Shown here in pieces: positions 38,097-47,692 of a stretch of DNA of 64,000 bases (positions are counted from its first letter, which is position 1; every line of letters starts with the position of its first letter). The stretch is from a bacterium UBP13_UBA5359. Lineage in GTDB: Bacteria; UBP13; UBA5359. The DNA is taken from contig DHPR01000012.1 of assembly GCA_002410925.1 (NCBI GenBank), forward strand, positions 208,643-272,642. The letters run 5' to 3'. Position numbers and translations under genes: made by a program. The notes under the pieces were generated by a model. It searched no databases. It was not told the DNA's origin and was given only the letters and a program-made list of their open reading frames with translations.

Positions 38097-39459
38097 TGTT
38101 TCCCTTCCCCCAATCCCTCGTTTTAATAACCCTGGCCGGCATACCGACGGCCACTTTCCAGGGCGGCACATCTTTATTCACCACCGCTCCGGCACCTGTT
38201 ACCGCACCATCACCTACCGTAACGGGAGCTATGAGCTTGGTATCGCTGCCAATAAATGCCTCATCGCCGACAACCGTATGATGCTTCTCCCGGCCATCAT
38301 AGTTGCAGGTAATGGTCCCGGCCCCTATATTGACGTTCTCTCCCAAGCTAGCATCGCCAATATAGCTGAGATGCGGCACTGCGCTGCCTTTACCTATCTG
38401 AGAGTTTTTGATCTCTACAAAGCTTCCTGCTTTAGATCCCTCTGCCAGTCTGTTTCCCGGCCGGATATAGGCGTATGGACCAATGACTACACTATCATCA
38501 AGATCGCTGTCCTGGACGGTACTGTTCCGTATACGGACATCTTTACCCAAACGAACATTAGTGAGATGAGCGCCGGGACCTATGCTACAGCCCCTTCCGA
38601 TGGATGTCTCTCCCTCTATGATGGTAAAAGGATGTATTACGGTATCCTGCCCAATACTGACGGAATCTTCTATGAATGTGGAGTCGGGATCTATAATGGT
38701 GATGCCTTCAAGCATCCAGGATTCAAGAATGCGGCTGCGCATGATCTTATCCGCTTGCGATAAATAAAGACGATCGTTTATACCCATAACCTCATTGGAA
38801 TCGTCGGTTATCAGCGCTTCCACCCTATTCTCATCCGCCAGCATAGCCACAACATCAGTCAGATAATACTCTCTCTGGGCATTATCACATCCTATTCTGC
38901 CCAGACAATTCAGCAGAAGCTCCGTATCAAAGGCGTAGACCGCCGCATTTATCTCCTTTATCTTTCGCTCTTCGATACTTGCATCCTTGGTTTCGACTAT
39001 AGCTTTGACCTCTCCGCCTTTTCCTCGCACAACCCGTCCGTAGCTACCTGGATCATCAAGAAGAGCTGACAACATGGCCACGCCGGCTCCCTTTTCACGC
39101 TGAAGCCGACAAAGACTATCTATGGTCGCAGCTCTGAGCAAAGGGGTATCTCCCGGCAGAATCAGCGTAGTGCCGTCATAGCCTTTTAGCAGGGGAGAGG
39201 CCATCATGGCAGCATGACCGGTGCCCAACTGTTCTGTTTGCAACGCAATTTCTGCCCGGCCGCGGCAAAGAGCCGATACCTGTTCAGCCCCGTAGCCGGC
39301 GATGACTATGATGCGCTCCGCTCCCGCTGCATTCAGTATATTTAGAATATGCTCCAGAATTGGCCGTCCACAGACCTTATGCAAAACCTTGGGCAAGGAG
39401 GATTTCATTCTAGTTCCCTTGCCGGCGGCTAGAACCACAGCCGTTATGGAAGTGCTCAT
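38086..39459 (-). CDS. glmU: Bifunctional UDP-GlcNAc diphosphorylase/GlcN-1-P acetyltransferase
   Basis: LAAGKGTRMKS..PKVLH, EQLGTGHA, EYYLTD, HLSYIGDA, TCNYDG. Confidence 0.98.
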   Translation of the reverse strand: MSTSITAVVLAAGKGTRMKSSLPKVLHKVCGRPILEHILNILNAAGAERIIVIAGYGAEQVSALCRGRAEIALQTEQLGTGHAAMMASPLLKGYDGTTLILPGDTPLLRAATIDSLCRLQREKGAGVAMLSALLDDPGSYGRVVRGKGGEVKAIVETKDASIEERKIKEINAAVYAFDTELLLNCLGRIGCDNAQREYYLTDVVAMLADENRVEALITDDSNEVMGINDRLYLSQADKIMRSRILESWMLEGITIIDPDSTFIEDSVSIGQDTVIHPFTIIEGETSIGRGCSIGPGAHLTNVRLGKDVRIRNSTVQDSDLDDSVVIGPYAYIRPGNRLAEGSKAGSFVEIKNSQIGKGSAVPHLSYIGDASLGENVNIGAGTITCNYDGREKHHTVVGDEAFIGSDTKLIAPVTVGDGAVTGAGAVVNKDVPPWKVAVGMPARVIKTRDWGKGNNAG

Positions 39460-39484
39460 CAGGAACTCCTCCCAACACCAATAG

Positions 39485-39512
39485 CCGAAGGACGCTTCCT
39501 TCGGTCTTTTTT
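39485..39512. terminator. Hairpin between tRNA-Gln and glmU
   Basis: ccgaagga-cgct-tccttcgg with T-run on the plus strand; directionality uncertain. Confidence 0.45.
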
Positions 39513-39526
39513 AAGCGCAAAGAGCC

Positions 39527-39600
39527 TGGCTTCGGGGCCAGGATTCGAACCTGGAACCTCGGCTCCAAAGGCCGGTGTGATACCTTTTCACCACCCCGAA
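39527..39600 (-). tRNA. tRNA-Gln (anticodon TTG)
   Basis: TTCGGGG acceptor pairs with CCCCGAA; anticodon loop CT-TTG-GA; T-loop GGTTCGAATCC; encoded 3' CCA. Confidence 0.96.
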
Positions 39601-39644
39601 ATATCCTTGCACACCATGCATGCCTACACGGCAGACACGGCTAG

Positions 39645-39673
39645 ATTATACTTAATTCGGAGAAGAGTGTCAA
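39645..39673 (-). promoter_or_regulatory. Consensus sigma70 promoter for tRNA-Gln/glmU
   Basis: TTGACA-17bp-TATAAT. Confidence 0.85.
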
Positions 39674-39802
39674 TTTAAAAAAAGTAGAAAAAGAGATATA
39701 AAGGATACCCTCAAGTCATCCAGCACAGACCATAAAGCACCCTTCTACGTTAATGGCTTTAACGAAGCTAACAGGGTTGCACGGTTAAGAATCGAGTTCT
39801 TC

Positions 39803-40054
39803 TCAGGCCTTGTTGTAAGCGTCCAGCACCGCCGCCTGAATCATCTCCCGAGCCTCTGTCGTGATAGGGTGAGCAATATCCTTATACTCTCCCTCTACCG
39901 TTTTGCGGCTGGGCATGGCTACAAAGAGACCGTTTTGCCCTTCGATAACCTTGAGATCATGAACTACGAAAACTTCATCAATAGTTATCGAGACAAAAGC
40001 TCTGGTTCGCCCTTCGGACTCGATTTTGCGCACACGAACATCAGTAATATTCAT
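39803..40054 (-). CDS. spoVG: SpoVG nucleic-acid-binding regulator
   Basis: [10 protein letters not shown]...[23 protein letters not shown]...DIAHPI. Confidence 0.97.
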   Translation of the reverse strand: MNITDVRVRKIESEGRTRAFVSITIDEVFVVHDLKVIEGQNGLFVAMPSRKTVEGEYKDIAHPITTEAREMIQAAVLDAYNKA

Positions 40055-40075
40055 GCATTACCTCCTGATATATCC

Positions 40076-40104
40076 ATTATAAGAGTGCCCGTTATTTTTT
40101 GCAA
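40076..40104 (-). promoter_or_regulatory. Sigma70-type promoter for spoVG
   Basis: TTGCAA-17bp-TATAAT then RBS AGGAGG. Confidence 0.7.
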
Positions 40105-40170
40105 GCAAACTGAACTCTTCCAAAAAACCCGTTTCCTTCTTCGTCGCGGCACCGCTACGCCACGACGGAC

Positions 40171-42639
40171 TTAATGGTGATAATTAAATATCTGCATATC
40201 GTCTGCATTCAATGCTTTGGCAGCTTTGATCAACCTCTTCTCTCCGGGCAGAAGATCGAAGTAATTATCATCAAGAACAAGCTTGGGATCGGGATGGAAA
40301 AGGTAAACCCCCTTGGCGAATATATCACTGCTGACAGCCAGAGCTGTATCGCTTACCTGCCGAAGTTCTATACGGGGCTGCGGCAGGCGCATATGCTTGG
40401 GGCGAGAAAGGGTATAGCGATTCTCCGTCCTCTGTCCATCATCCCATGTCAAAGTGAACACGGCTATGCAATCAAAACGCCGCTGCTCATATTCGGATAG
40501 CATTATCTCTCCCAGGCTGACAGCTCCTCTGCCATTCATAATCACAGGATATACCCTCCTTTCAAGCTCTTCTCCATCTATGCGGATAATCCTCAGCTCT
40601 GCCTGCCCGCGCTTGCGTCCATCTCTTTCGGAGATGACATGCAGCTCTCCACGGCCATCTGCCGTGGCTGAGAAATCTATAGAGCTTCCCTGCTGAAAGG
40701 TGATCATATCAGAAGCGAAGGCTCTTTTCATATAGTAATGACAAGCTTTGGGAATCAGGTTGTAATCTACAGCCGCCCAGGAAATGGCAGGCCAGCAATC
40801 ATTAAGCTGCCATATCAGCAGGCCGCCACAATCATAGGCCTGTGCCCGCCATCTTTCTATGGCGGCTTTAAGATATTCAGCATGCGCTAAATTGGAAAGG
40901 ATAACTGCTTTATCAAAGCCTTCGCTTATCCGGAAAAGTGCTGCGGTAAACTTGAGCAACCGTTCATTCTTGGACGGACTTTCAAAGTGGTTTCTGGTAT
41001 CGAAGACAAAGGATTGGATATGCCTGTCCTCCGCCTCGCCGATAGTCAGAGCAGTCCTTAGATCAGGCAGAGATTGGATTCCCGTTTCGCTGGCGAAACT
41101 GGGCCGATAAGCGGCATAATAGGTATAATCCTGGGTATGAGTATGCAGATCCCAGAGATGACAATCACCATATCTTTCATCGTTGGCTCTGATGCCGGGT
41201 TCACCCGCATACGGCGAGCCGTTCCAGTAGAGACGGTCGGGGTCCATCTGAGCAATCAAATCGGGAAAGAGCTTATCATATATAGCTGTGCCATAAAAGT
41301 GCTTGCTTCTTTTCTTCCAGCCCCACTCTTCATATCCCCAGTGGCATTCGTTCTCTCCGCACCACAACACCAGGGAGGTATAGTTGCGCAGGCGCTTGAT
41401 ATTGTATTTCAGCTCTTCCTCGACCTGTTTCATGAAACAGGGGTCGGTATCAGGATAGGAAGAGCAGACAAAGCAGCCGTCCTGCCAAACCATAATGCCT
41501 CTCTCGTCGCACATTTTGTAAAACTCATCATCTTCGTAGTAGCCTCCGCCCCAAACCCGCAGCATATTGACATGCCCTTCTGCGGCTAAATCCAGGTTTC
41601 CTCTGTAAAGATCGTAATAGCCCCTGGGTATGGAGCTATCCACAGGAACCCAGTTGTAGCCCCGGCAGAAGATCTCCCGGCCGTTGACCCTGAACAAAAA
41701 ACGATCTCCTGTACCGTCTTTACGGGCATCTCTAACAAGCTCCACGGTTCTGAATCCGATCCGGTGCTGCCGGCTATCCAGAACAATATCTTTATCCTTA
41801 AGCATTATTTCCATATCGTAAAGATAGGGCTCTCCTTCGCCATTGGGATACCAGAGCCGGACATCATTTATGGCAAAGGATACCTCTGCCGTGCCGTTGC
41901 AGACAACAGCGGAATATTCCTTCCCGGCTATCTTCAGTTCGGCACTCTTGCCGGATGCATCACCAGCTGTTTCCATTGTTATGATGCCGGATACATCGCC
42001 GCTATTAATAGTATAACGGATATGAAAGTTGCTTATGGCTGCCTCATCGCAGGCTTCCAGGTAAACAGTGCGATAGATGCCGCTGACGGGCATCTGCGGC
42101 CCCCAATCCCAAAAGAAGGAGTAGGCAGGCTTCCTTATGAACGCAAATTGATAATTCAGATGAGGAGGAGCAAACTCCTCTTTGAAAGCGCTTTTTCTCT
42201 TTTCCGTTTCCAGCACCGGAGAGCGAAAGATAAGACAGAGCTCATTCTTACCGCGGTTCAATCTTCCGGCTACATCAAATCTATAGCCGATATAGGCATT
42301 CTCTACAGCTGCCGCTTTTTGGCCGTTGAGAAATATTTCACAAATAGTATCCAGACCGTCGAAGCAGAGAAAGAGATGCTTGCAACCGGCAGCTTCTTCT
42401 CCTCGAAACGCGGCTCTGTAAATGAAATCCTGATATTTATACGGCGCAAAGGAGGCCTCATATGAAGCGGAAGTCTCCCTCTCCACCAATCCTGCTGCCT
42501 GCAGATCGGTTAGATTGGTGCCAGGCACTGTGGCCGGATGAAAGATTAAAGAGCTGCAATCACAGGGGGATAATATCGCACCGTGATCTGCACAGGCAAA
42601 CTCCCAGCTATTATTTATGCTGATTTTCATAACGCCCAT
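40171..42639 (-). CDS. GH2 beta-mannosidase-like glycoside hydrolase, cytoplasmic
   Basis: FDGLDT, RK..YSF.WDWGP, NMLRVWGGGYYE, WCGENE, WQLNDCWP. Confidence 0.92.
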   Translation of the reverse strand: MGVMKISINNSWEFACADHGAILSPCDCSSLIFHPATVPGTNLTDLQAAGLVERETSASYEASFAPYKYQDFIYRAAFRGEEAAGCKHLFLCFDGLDTICEIFLNGQKAAAVENAYIGYRFDVAGRLNRGKNELCLIFRSPVLETEKRKSAFKEEFAPPHLNYQFAFIRKPAYSFFWDWGPQMPVSGIYRTVYLEACDEAAISNFHIRYTINSGDVSGIITMETAGDASGKSAELKIAGKEYSAVVCNGTAEVSFAINDVRLWYPNGEGEPYLYDMEIMLKDKDIVLDSRQHRIGFRTVELVRDARKDGTGDRFLFRVNGREIFCRGYNWVPVDSSIPRGYYDLYRGNLDLAAEGHVNMLRVWGGGYYEDDEFYKMCDERGIMVWQDGCFVCSSYPDTDPCFMKQVEEELKYNIKRLRNYTSLVLWCGENECHWGYEEWGWKKRSKHFYGTAIYDKLFPDLIAQMDPDRLYWNGSPYAGEPGIRANDERYGDCHLWDLHTHTQDYTYYAAYRPSFASETGIQSLPDLRTALTIGEAEDRHIQSFVFDTRNHFESPSKNERLLKFTAALFRISEGFDKAVILSNLAHAEYLKAAIERWRAQAYDCGGLLIWQLNDCWPAISWAAVDYNLIPKACHYYMKRAFASDMITFQQGSSIDFSATADGRGELHVISERDGRKRGQAELRIIRIDGEELERRVYPVIMNGRGAVSLGEIMLSEYEQRRFDCIAVFTLTWDDGQRTENRYTLSRPKHMRLPQPRIELRQVSDTALAVSSDIFAKGVYLFHPDPKLVLDDNYFDLLPGEKRLIKAAKALNADDMQIFNYHH

Positions 42640-42734
42640 TATGAACCCTCCATGAAAGCGAAGAAGAGCGCACTTTATGTTACGCTGGATGATCCTTTGC
42701 TGCCGGAGAAAATAAGTTCTCTTTGATGATATAT

Positions 42735-42791
42735 TTACCTCCGTTCTTCAGCTTCCCATCGCATCCAGGCAGGCGTGTCCAGCAGCAGCAT
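42735..42791 (-). pseudogene. VapC/PIN toxin N-terminal remnant
   Basis: MLLLDTPAWMRW... resembles PIN-toxin start (LLDTHxxxW); directly follows the antitoxin remnant; only 18 aa. Confidence 0.55.
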
Positions 42792-42795
42792 CCTG

Positions 42796-42966
42796 TCATT
42801 CCTTTTGTCCATCCGCCTCCCGCGCTTCTCCGGCCGGCTTTGCCGTATCCCCATAAATAGCTACGCTGTCTTTGAGCAAACCGAAAATCGGGCGAACAGG
42901 CTTTTCACCAGCGGGCACAAGCTTTGCAACCGGTCTTCCGTATTTGGTAATGATTATCTCCTTTCC
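42796..42966 (-). pseudogene. Phd/YefM antitoxin remnant lacking N-terminus
   Basis: Manual translation GKEIIITKYGRPVAKLVPAGEKPVRPIFGLLKDSVAIYGD...; no in-frame start. Confidence 0.75.
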
Positions 42967-42984
42967 ATATGACCATGGTCATAT
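42967..42984. promoter_or_regulatory. Perfect 18-bp palindrome, probable TA operator
   Basis: ATATGACCATGGTCATAT abutting the antitoxin remnant. Confidence 0.6.
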
Positions 42985-43112
42985 CGCGATATCAATAAGA
43001 AATTAATGCAACGCTGAAATTAATTGCCGTTTCGTTTATTTACAGCCTGTCAATACACAAAAAACCCTCTCCGTTATCCGCGAGCAGATCCGCTATGACA
43101 AAAGTATCCCGT

Positions 43113-44402
43113 CTATTTTAATAAATCCAGATAATGTTCGCTTTGATCCAGAAAACAGCCGCTGCGGGCATAAAAATCATCGTTCAGTTTGAATAATCCT
43201 CTATCGATCTGTGCCCAATCAGCATTCCGGCAGGGATGATAAGAGCGCATCTTGCCCCAGTGACGGTAATTTTGATGGCCGTTGGTCTCCAGTACGCCTA
43301 TCTTCATTCCGGGCAGCGGCGCCAGCCGGGCCGCCACGTTCTTGTTCCAGTCTACCAGAATGGGGTTGACGGTCAGATCGGCGCAGAAGCAGGGGATATT
43401 ACGGTCGTGAGCTATCTTGGCTATCTTCAGGCTCATACTCATGGTTTTGGCGATGGGCTTCAGGGCGATGGCGCCGTAGCCCATCTCTATCCGCTCCAGG
43501 GCATCCCTGTCGGAATGGGCGCTCTCATCGGCCGCCAGTCTGGCCGGGATATCGCTCACGTCCACTCTGTAATCCTCGGGGAACGGCTCTTCCACGATCA
43601 TGATGCGCTCCAGAGCACCTATCTTGGCAGCGTGATCAAGCAGCCGGAACAGAGTGTCCTTGTCCTGGTAGCGGCCGTTGGCATCGAGGTAATATGGTAT
43701 ATGGCCATCTTCGGTGTAAGGTATCTCTCGATCACGGGCCACGGCATGAATAGCGGTTAATCGCTCTTTATCCCATTGTAACATCTTCTCTTGATCGCCA
43801 TCTTTTTCAGGATCGGAGCCTATCTTTATCTTGAGAAAGAAATAGCCGTCATCCATCGCTTCGGCAATATCCTTCAACGGCACACCATAGCTCATTAAAG
43901 GTATGCCGGCCAGCTCGGTATGCCGGCAGGACAGCGCCGGTCTCAATTTCTCCGGCACCATTTCATCAAAACTGCAAATATCATTCTCCCGGCAGTAGAG
44001 CTGCCAGGCAGCGTTATCCAGCGCCACCAGGGAGTTCAAAGCAAATGTCAGGCGCAAATTCCTATTGCCGGTTATCCGCTGCCCGTATTTATAAGTAGCC
44101 GGCAGCAATCGCTCCAGCAATTCTATGGGATTAAGAAAGGGTGCCTCCTGTGCTTTACGCAGAGCATAAGCGGTCATCAGATACATCAGGCTGTTGCCGG
44201 CCGCTTCATCATTGCTCAGAAACACCTGCGCATCAGACCAAAGAGTACTCTGAGTGCCCAGCCCCAGCCCCGTATGACCGGAAGAGCTCTCCATAATGAC
44301 AATACTCTGCCAGAGCTCACTCAGATAGCCGCCTTTAAAACCGAAAGGAGAGGCCATCGGCTCGCGCTCAAAATTACTCCTGATCTTGCTTACACGTATC
44401 AT
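43113..44402 (-). CDS. Enolase-superfamily enzyme (racemase/epimerase/dehydratase-like)
   Basis: KIKIG, YLDANG, EEP, ADES, ALKP metal-ligand and catalytic motifs. Confidence 0.85.
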   Translation of the reverse strand: MIRVSKIRSNFEREPMASPFGFKGGYLSELWQSIVIMESSSGHTGLGLGTQSTLWSDAQVFLSNDEAAGNSLMYLMTAYALRKAQEAPFLNPIELLERLLPATYKYGQRITGNRNLRLTFALNSLVALDNAAWQLYCRENDICSFDEMVPEKLRPALSCRHTELAGIPLMSYGVPLKDIAEAMDDGYFFLKIKIGSDPEKDGDQEKMLQWDKERLTAIHAVARDREIPYTEDGHIPYYLDANGRYQDKDTLFRLLDHAAKIGALERIMIVEEPFPEDYRVDVSDIPARLAADESAHSDRDALERIEMGYGAIALKPIAKTMSMSLKIAKIAHDRNIPCFCADLTVNPILVDWNKNVAARLAPLPGMKIGVLETNGHQNYRHWGKMRSYHPCRNADWAQIDRGLFKLNDDFYARSGCFLDQSEHYLDLLK

Positions 44403-44581
44403 CGATCTTCACCTCAGCCGAAATCATTGCACCGTATAAACCTTCTGCATTAATACGGAATATCCTGCCTTCCCGTGTCAGCCGAAAAGACCGGCGATTT
44501 CAGCTACCGGTGTGACTCCGGGCGCAATCCGGATGGCACAAATCTCTATACCGCCAGTAGGGAAATACTCACAAAGCTTCT

Positions 44582-45004
44582 TTATACCCGGGCTACCACT
44601 TCTATCTCCACCAGCGCCCCCTTGGGCAGGGCCGCCACGCCTACCGTAGACCGGGCCGGGGCAGCCTGGCCGAAAAACCGGCCGTAGATCTCGTTTACTG
44701 TCGGAAACAAAGCCATATCCGTTAGATAGATAGTAGTCTTGACCACTGCTTCCGTTCCCAGGCCGGCCGCTTCCAGCACAGCCGTTAGATTTTGGCAAAC
44801 TTGTGTGGTTTGCTCAGCTATGCCGCCGGGAACCATCTCTCCCGTAGCCGGGTCCAGAGCTATCTGGCCTGAAGCCCAGAGAAAGCCTCCTGCATTGACT
44901 GCTTGAGAATAAGGCCCGATAGGAGCCGGGGCATTGACGGTAAAGATGCTCTTCGAGCACGTTGTTAGTTGCTCCTTGTTAGTTGCTGGTTTCAAGATTC
45001 CCAT
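44582..45004 (-). CDS. ridA: RidA (YjgF/YER057c/UK114) family deaminase
   Basis: APAPIGPYSQAV, SGQI, VVKTTIYL, PARSTV.VAALPKGALVEIE. Confidence 0.95.
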   Translation of the reverse strand: MGILKPATNKEQLTTCSKSIFTVNAPAPIGPYSQAVNAGGFLWASGQIALDPATGEMVPGGIAEQTTQVCQNLTAVLEAAGLGTEAVVKTTIYLTDMALFPTVNEIYGRFFGQAAPARSTVGVAALPKGALVEIEVVARV

Positions 45005-45033
45005 GCAAGCCCTCCAAATCCGCTCTTCTTTAT

Positions 45034-45789
45034 TTATCCGACACGGCCGCCATGTTTGAAGAATTCTACTCTTACCGCCTCCAGATCGGCCGGTTTATCC
45101 ACATCGAAAGCCACTTCAGGGAAGGTTGTTATCACAGCCTTGGCCCGGCCGCGTATAAGCCGCCCGGCTGCCCGCTCAACCTCCGACAAACTCACCAGAC
45201 CCAAACAGAGACGCAAAACCAAAGAGAAGCCTAACATGCCGGCCAATTTCAACGGCTGCTTGCGCATAGCGTAAACCTGCTCTATCAGGACTTGCTGTTG
45301 CCGGATAAACCGGCTACGCAGCAGCATGATGTTTCCGCCGGTGAAGATGCCTTCCTTCAAACGCACACAGGTTCTCTTCTGCCCGGGAAAACGATTTTCA
45401 CATTCTTCCCGACTGGCAATAGGATAGACGATATCCGCCTCCATGCCCTGAGCCCGACTGATGAAATCATCTACCGCCCGGGGTGTGAGCAAAGGAATAT
45501 CCGCCGTGACCATAAGCAGATATTCGTCATTTGGAAAAGCTGCCAGGCCCTGATTGACATTCTCTAACAGCGTCGGCTTATCCGGAAGCACAATATCGGC
45601 CCCCACATCATCCATACCGGCTGGACCGATCAGCGCCACTCGTTCAACCTGTTCACTGCGCTTAAGTGCGCTGACTATATATTCCGACATAGGCCTGTCG
45701 GCCACCTTTATCATGGCCTTATTGGCAACACCGGTAGCTTCATAAAGGGAACCCTTATTCTGCCCGCCGGCCAGAATGACAGCATTCAT
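45034..45789 (-). CDS. MobA-like NTP-transferase family protein
   Basis: AVILAGG, NKAMI, TADIPL, FTGGN, FDVDKP; RBS GAAGGAG before ATG 45789. Confidence 0.85.
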   Translation of the reverse strand: MNAVILAGGQNKGSLYEATGVANKAMIKVADRPMSEYIVSALKRSEQVERVALIGPAGMDDVGADIVLPDKPTLLENVNQGLAAFPNDEYLLMVTADIPLLTPRAVDDFISRAQGMEADIVYPIASREECENRFPGQKRTCVRLKEGIFTGGNIMLLRSRFIRQQQVLIEQVYAMRKQPLKLAGMLGFSLVLRLCLGLVSLSEVERAAGRLIRGRAKAVITTFPEVAFDVDKPADLEAVRVEFFKHGGRVG

Positions 45790-45791
45790 AA

Positions 45792-46697
45792 CTATCGCTC
45801 CTTCAATAGCTTCACGCCATGGTGAACGGTTCGGCAAGGATAGACTTCATAATTCTTGCGGAGCATTTCATATCCTCGCCGAGCCGCTTCGCTATTTGCC
45901 ATTATACCAAAAACGGTCGGCCCGCTACCAGACATAGAGGCTCCCAAAGCTCCTGCTCTCAATAATGTCTCCACAGCCGCTGCTATCTTCGGATAGCCGG
46001 AGATGACCGCCGGAGCCAAATCATTGGAGAGATTACGAGCTACACCTTCCAGATCACCGGCAGACCAGTATTGCAGCAGACGCCGCGTCCCTCCGGCCGT
46101 TGCCGCTCCAGAAGCATCATAAGCACTATAAGCCCAGGCAGTGGAAACGGATACGGGCGGTTTAAGAAGCAGCAGATAAAAATCGAGCGGCGGCAGGGGT
46201 TCCAGAGTCTCCCCTCTGCCAGAGGCCAAAGCCGCTCCACCGTTAAGGCAGAAGGGTATATCGGAACCGACTTCTGCCCCTATCCGGCTCAACCTGCCAG
46301 AAGAGATATCAAGCTTCCATAATCGGGCAGCGGCAACCAGCGCGGCCGCTCCGTCTGCACTGCCGCCGGCCAAGCCGGCGGCTATGGGAATACGCTTCTG
46401 CAGCATGATTTTTGCTCCTGCTGTTGTTCCTGTTGCCTGCTGCAGCCGCCGCAGGCATTTGAGAACAATGTTATTCTCGCCGGCCGGCAGATCCGAACGG
46501 TCAACGTTCAACGATAGACGATCTGCCGCCTGTAGGCAGAGCTCATCAGCCAGCGAAACAGACTGCATCAAGCTCCGTAGCTCATGATACCCGTCCGGAC
46601 GCAAGCCCAGAATATCCAGGGAAAGATTTATTTTAGCGTAGGCTTTGATTTTCAAAGGAATCTCCTTCGGGGCCTCCCCAACGTTATTACTTGCCAT
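45792..46697 (-). CDS. ispE: 4-diphosphocytidyl-2-C-methyl-D-erythritol kinase
   Basis: AYAKINLSL, DGYHEL, KRIPIAAGLAGGSAD, GSDIPF, MSGSGPTVF. Confidence 0.97.
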   Translation of the reverse strand: MASNNVGEAPKEIPLKIKAYAKINLSLDILGLRPDGYHELRSLMQSVSLADELCLQAADRLSLNVDRSDLPAGENNIVLKCLRRLQQATGTTAGAKIMLQKRIPIAAGLAGGSADGAAALVAAARLWKLDISSGRLSRIGAEVGSDIPFCLNGGAALASGRGETLEPLPPLDFYLLLLKPPVSVSTAWAYSAYDASGAATAGGTRRLLQYWSAGDLEGVARNLSNDLAPAVISGYPKIAAAVETLLRAGALGASMSGSGPTVFGIMANSEAARRGYEMLRKNYEVYPCRTVHHGVKLLKER

Positions 46698-46868
46698 GCC
46701 GGCATACGACCGGTAGCCGGACAGTAACCATATTCCATGCAGAAACTTTAAAATCCTCTATTTTACAAACATTTGTTTGCAAACCCGGCTTCGCTCGTGC
46801 GCTGGGCAGACAAATACCATTGTTGCCGCTCTGAGGAATTCATGTACAGGATTAAAAAGTATCAAGGG

Positions 46869-47672
46869 CTATTCCAAGCGGTTAACAAACTCCAGCATAT
46901 CGGCAAAGGCCTCCCTTTGCTGCCGGCGCTTCACATCATAAAAGAAGCCGTGCTCTGCTTTGGTATAGACCTTATACTCGGCATGGCTCCCGCAGGACTT
47001 TGCCTTATCGATAAATGCCTGTGTCTGCTCCAGCGGGAACATATGCTCGTTCTCTGCTTGCAGTAGCAGAATAGGGGGGGTCTGCTCGGAAATATAATTA
47101 ATTGGCGATACTTTATAATAGAGGTCTGGTCGTCGTGTATAAGGAGCCCCGATAATTTTTTGCATATCATGCCAGATTATCGGAAAGATATCTTCCCAGG
47201 GTTCAAAGGTTACCGGCATCGATTGAAATGCCGCTCCAACAGGCTTTACCCATTTATTTTGTCGGGCATAATCGCCAAATTCCGCCGCCTCGCCGCATTC
47301 GCCCGGTTCGGCCAGCGTCAAAAGTGACGCCAGGTGTGCACCCGCGGATCCGCCATATACGAATATCCTGACTGAACGGCCCTCTGCAGCCATTATGCCG
47401 GTAAAGATATCATATCCATGGCGTATATCGGTAATCTGATCGAAAATCGTTACGTCGCTCAGCCGGTAATCAGTCGAAGCGCAGATAAAGCCATATTCGT
47501 TGAACGCTTTCATAATTTTGTGATAGCTTGCTCTACCTCCGGAGTGCCATCCTCCGCCGTGCACAAAGAACAGAGCTGTATTCTGCCTTACTCTCTCCGG
47601 CTTAAAGATATCGATGGCGCGTCCTTCAATTATATCTTTGTCAAAGTAAATAGATAGGAACCGGTATGACAT
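46869..47672 (-). CDS. Alpha/beta hydrolase (esterase/lipase-like)
   Basis: HGGGW, DYRL, GGSAGAHLA, SPI, HGF. Confidence 0.9.
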   Translation of the reverse strand: MSYRFLSIYFDKDIIEGRAIDIFKPERVRQNTALFFVHGGGWHSGGRASYHKIMKAFNEYGFICASTDYRLSDVTIFDQITDIRHGYDIFTGIMAAEGRSVRIFVYGGSAGAHLASLLTLAEPGECGEAAEFGDYARQNKWVKPVGAAFQSMPVTFEPWEDIFPIIWHDMQKIIGAPYTRRPDLYYKVSPINYISEQTPPILLLQAENEHMFPLEQTQAFIDKAKSCGSHAEYKVYTKAEHGFFYDVKRRQQREAFADMLEFVNRLE

Positions 47673-47692
47673 CGTTATTTACATCCTTCCAA

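Noticed and set aside
44403-44581. Small hairpins upstream of the enolase gene as a possible riboswitch
   Set aside because: No recognisable aptamer consensus or terminator; would need an Rfam/Infernal search
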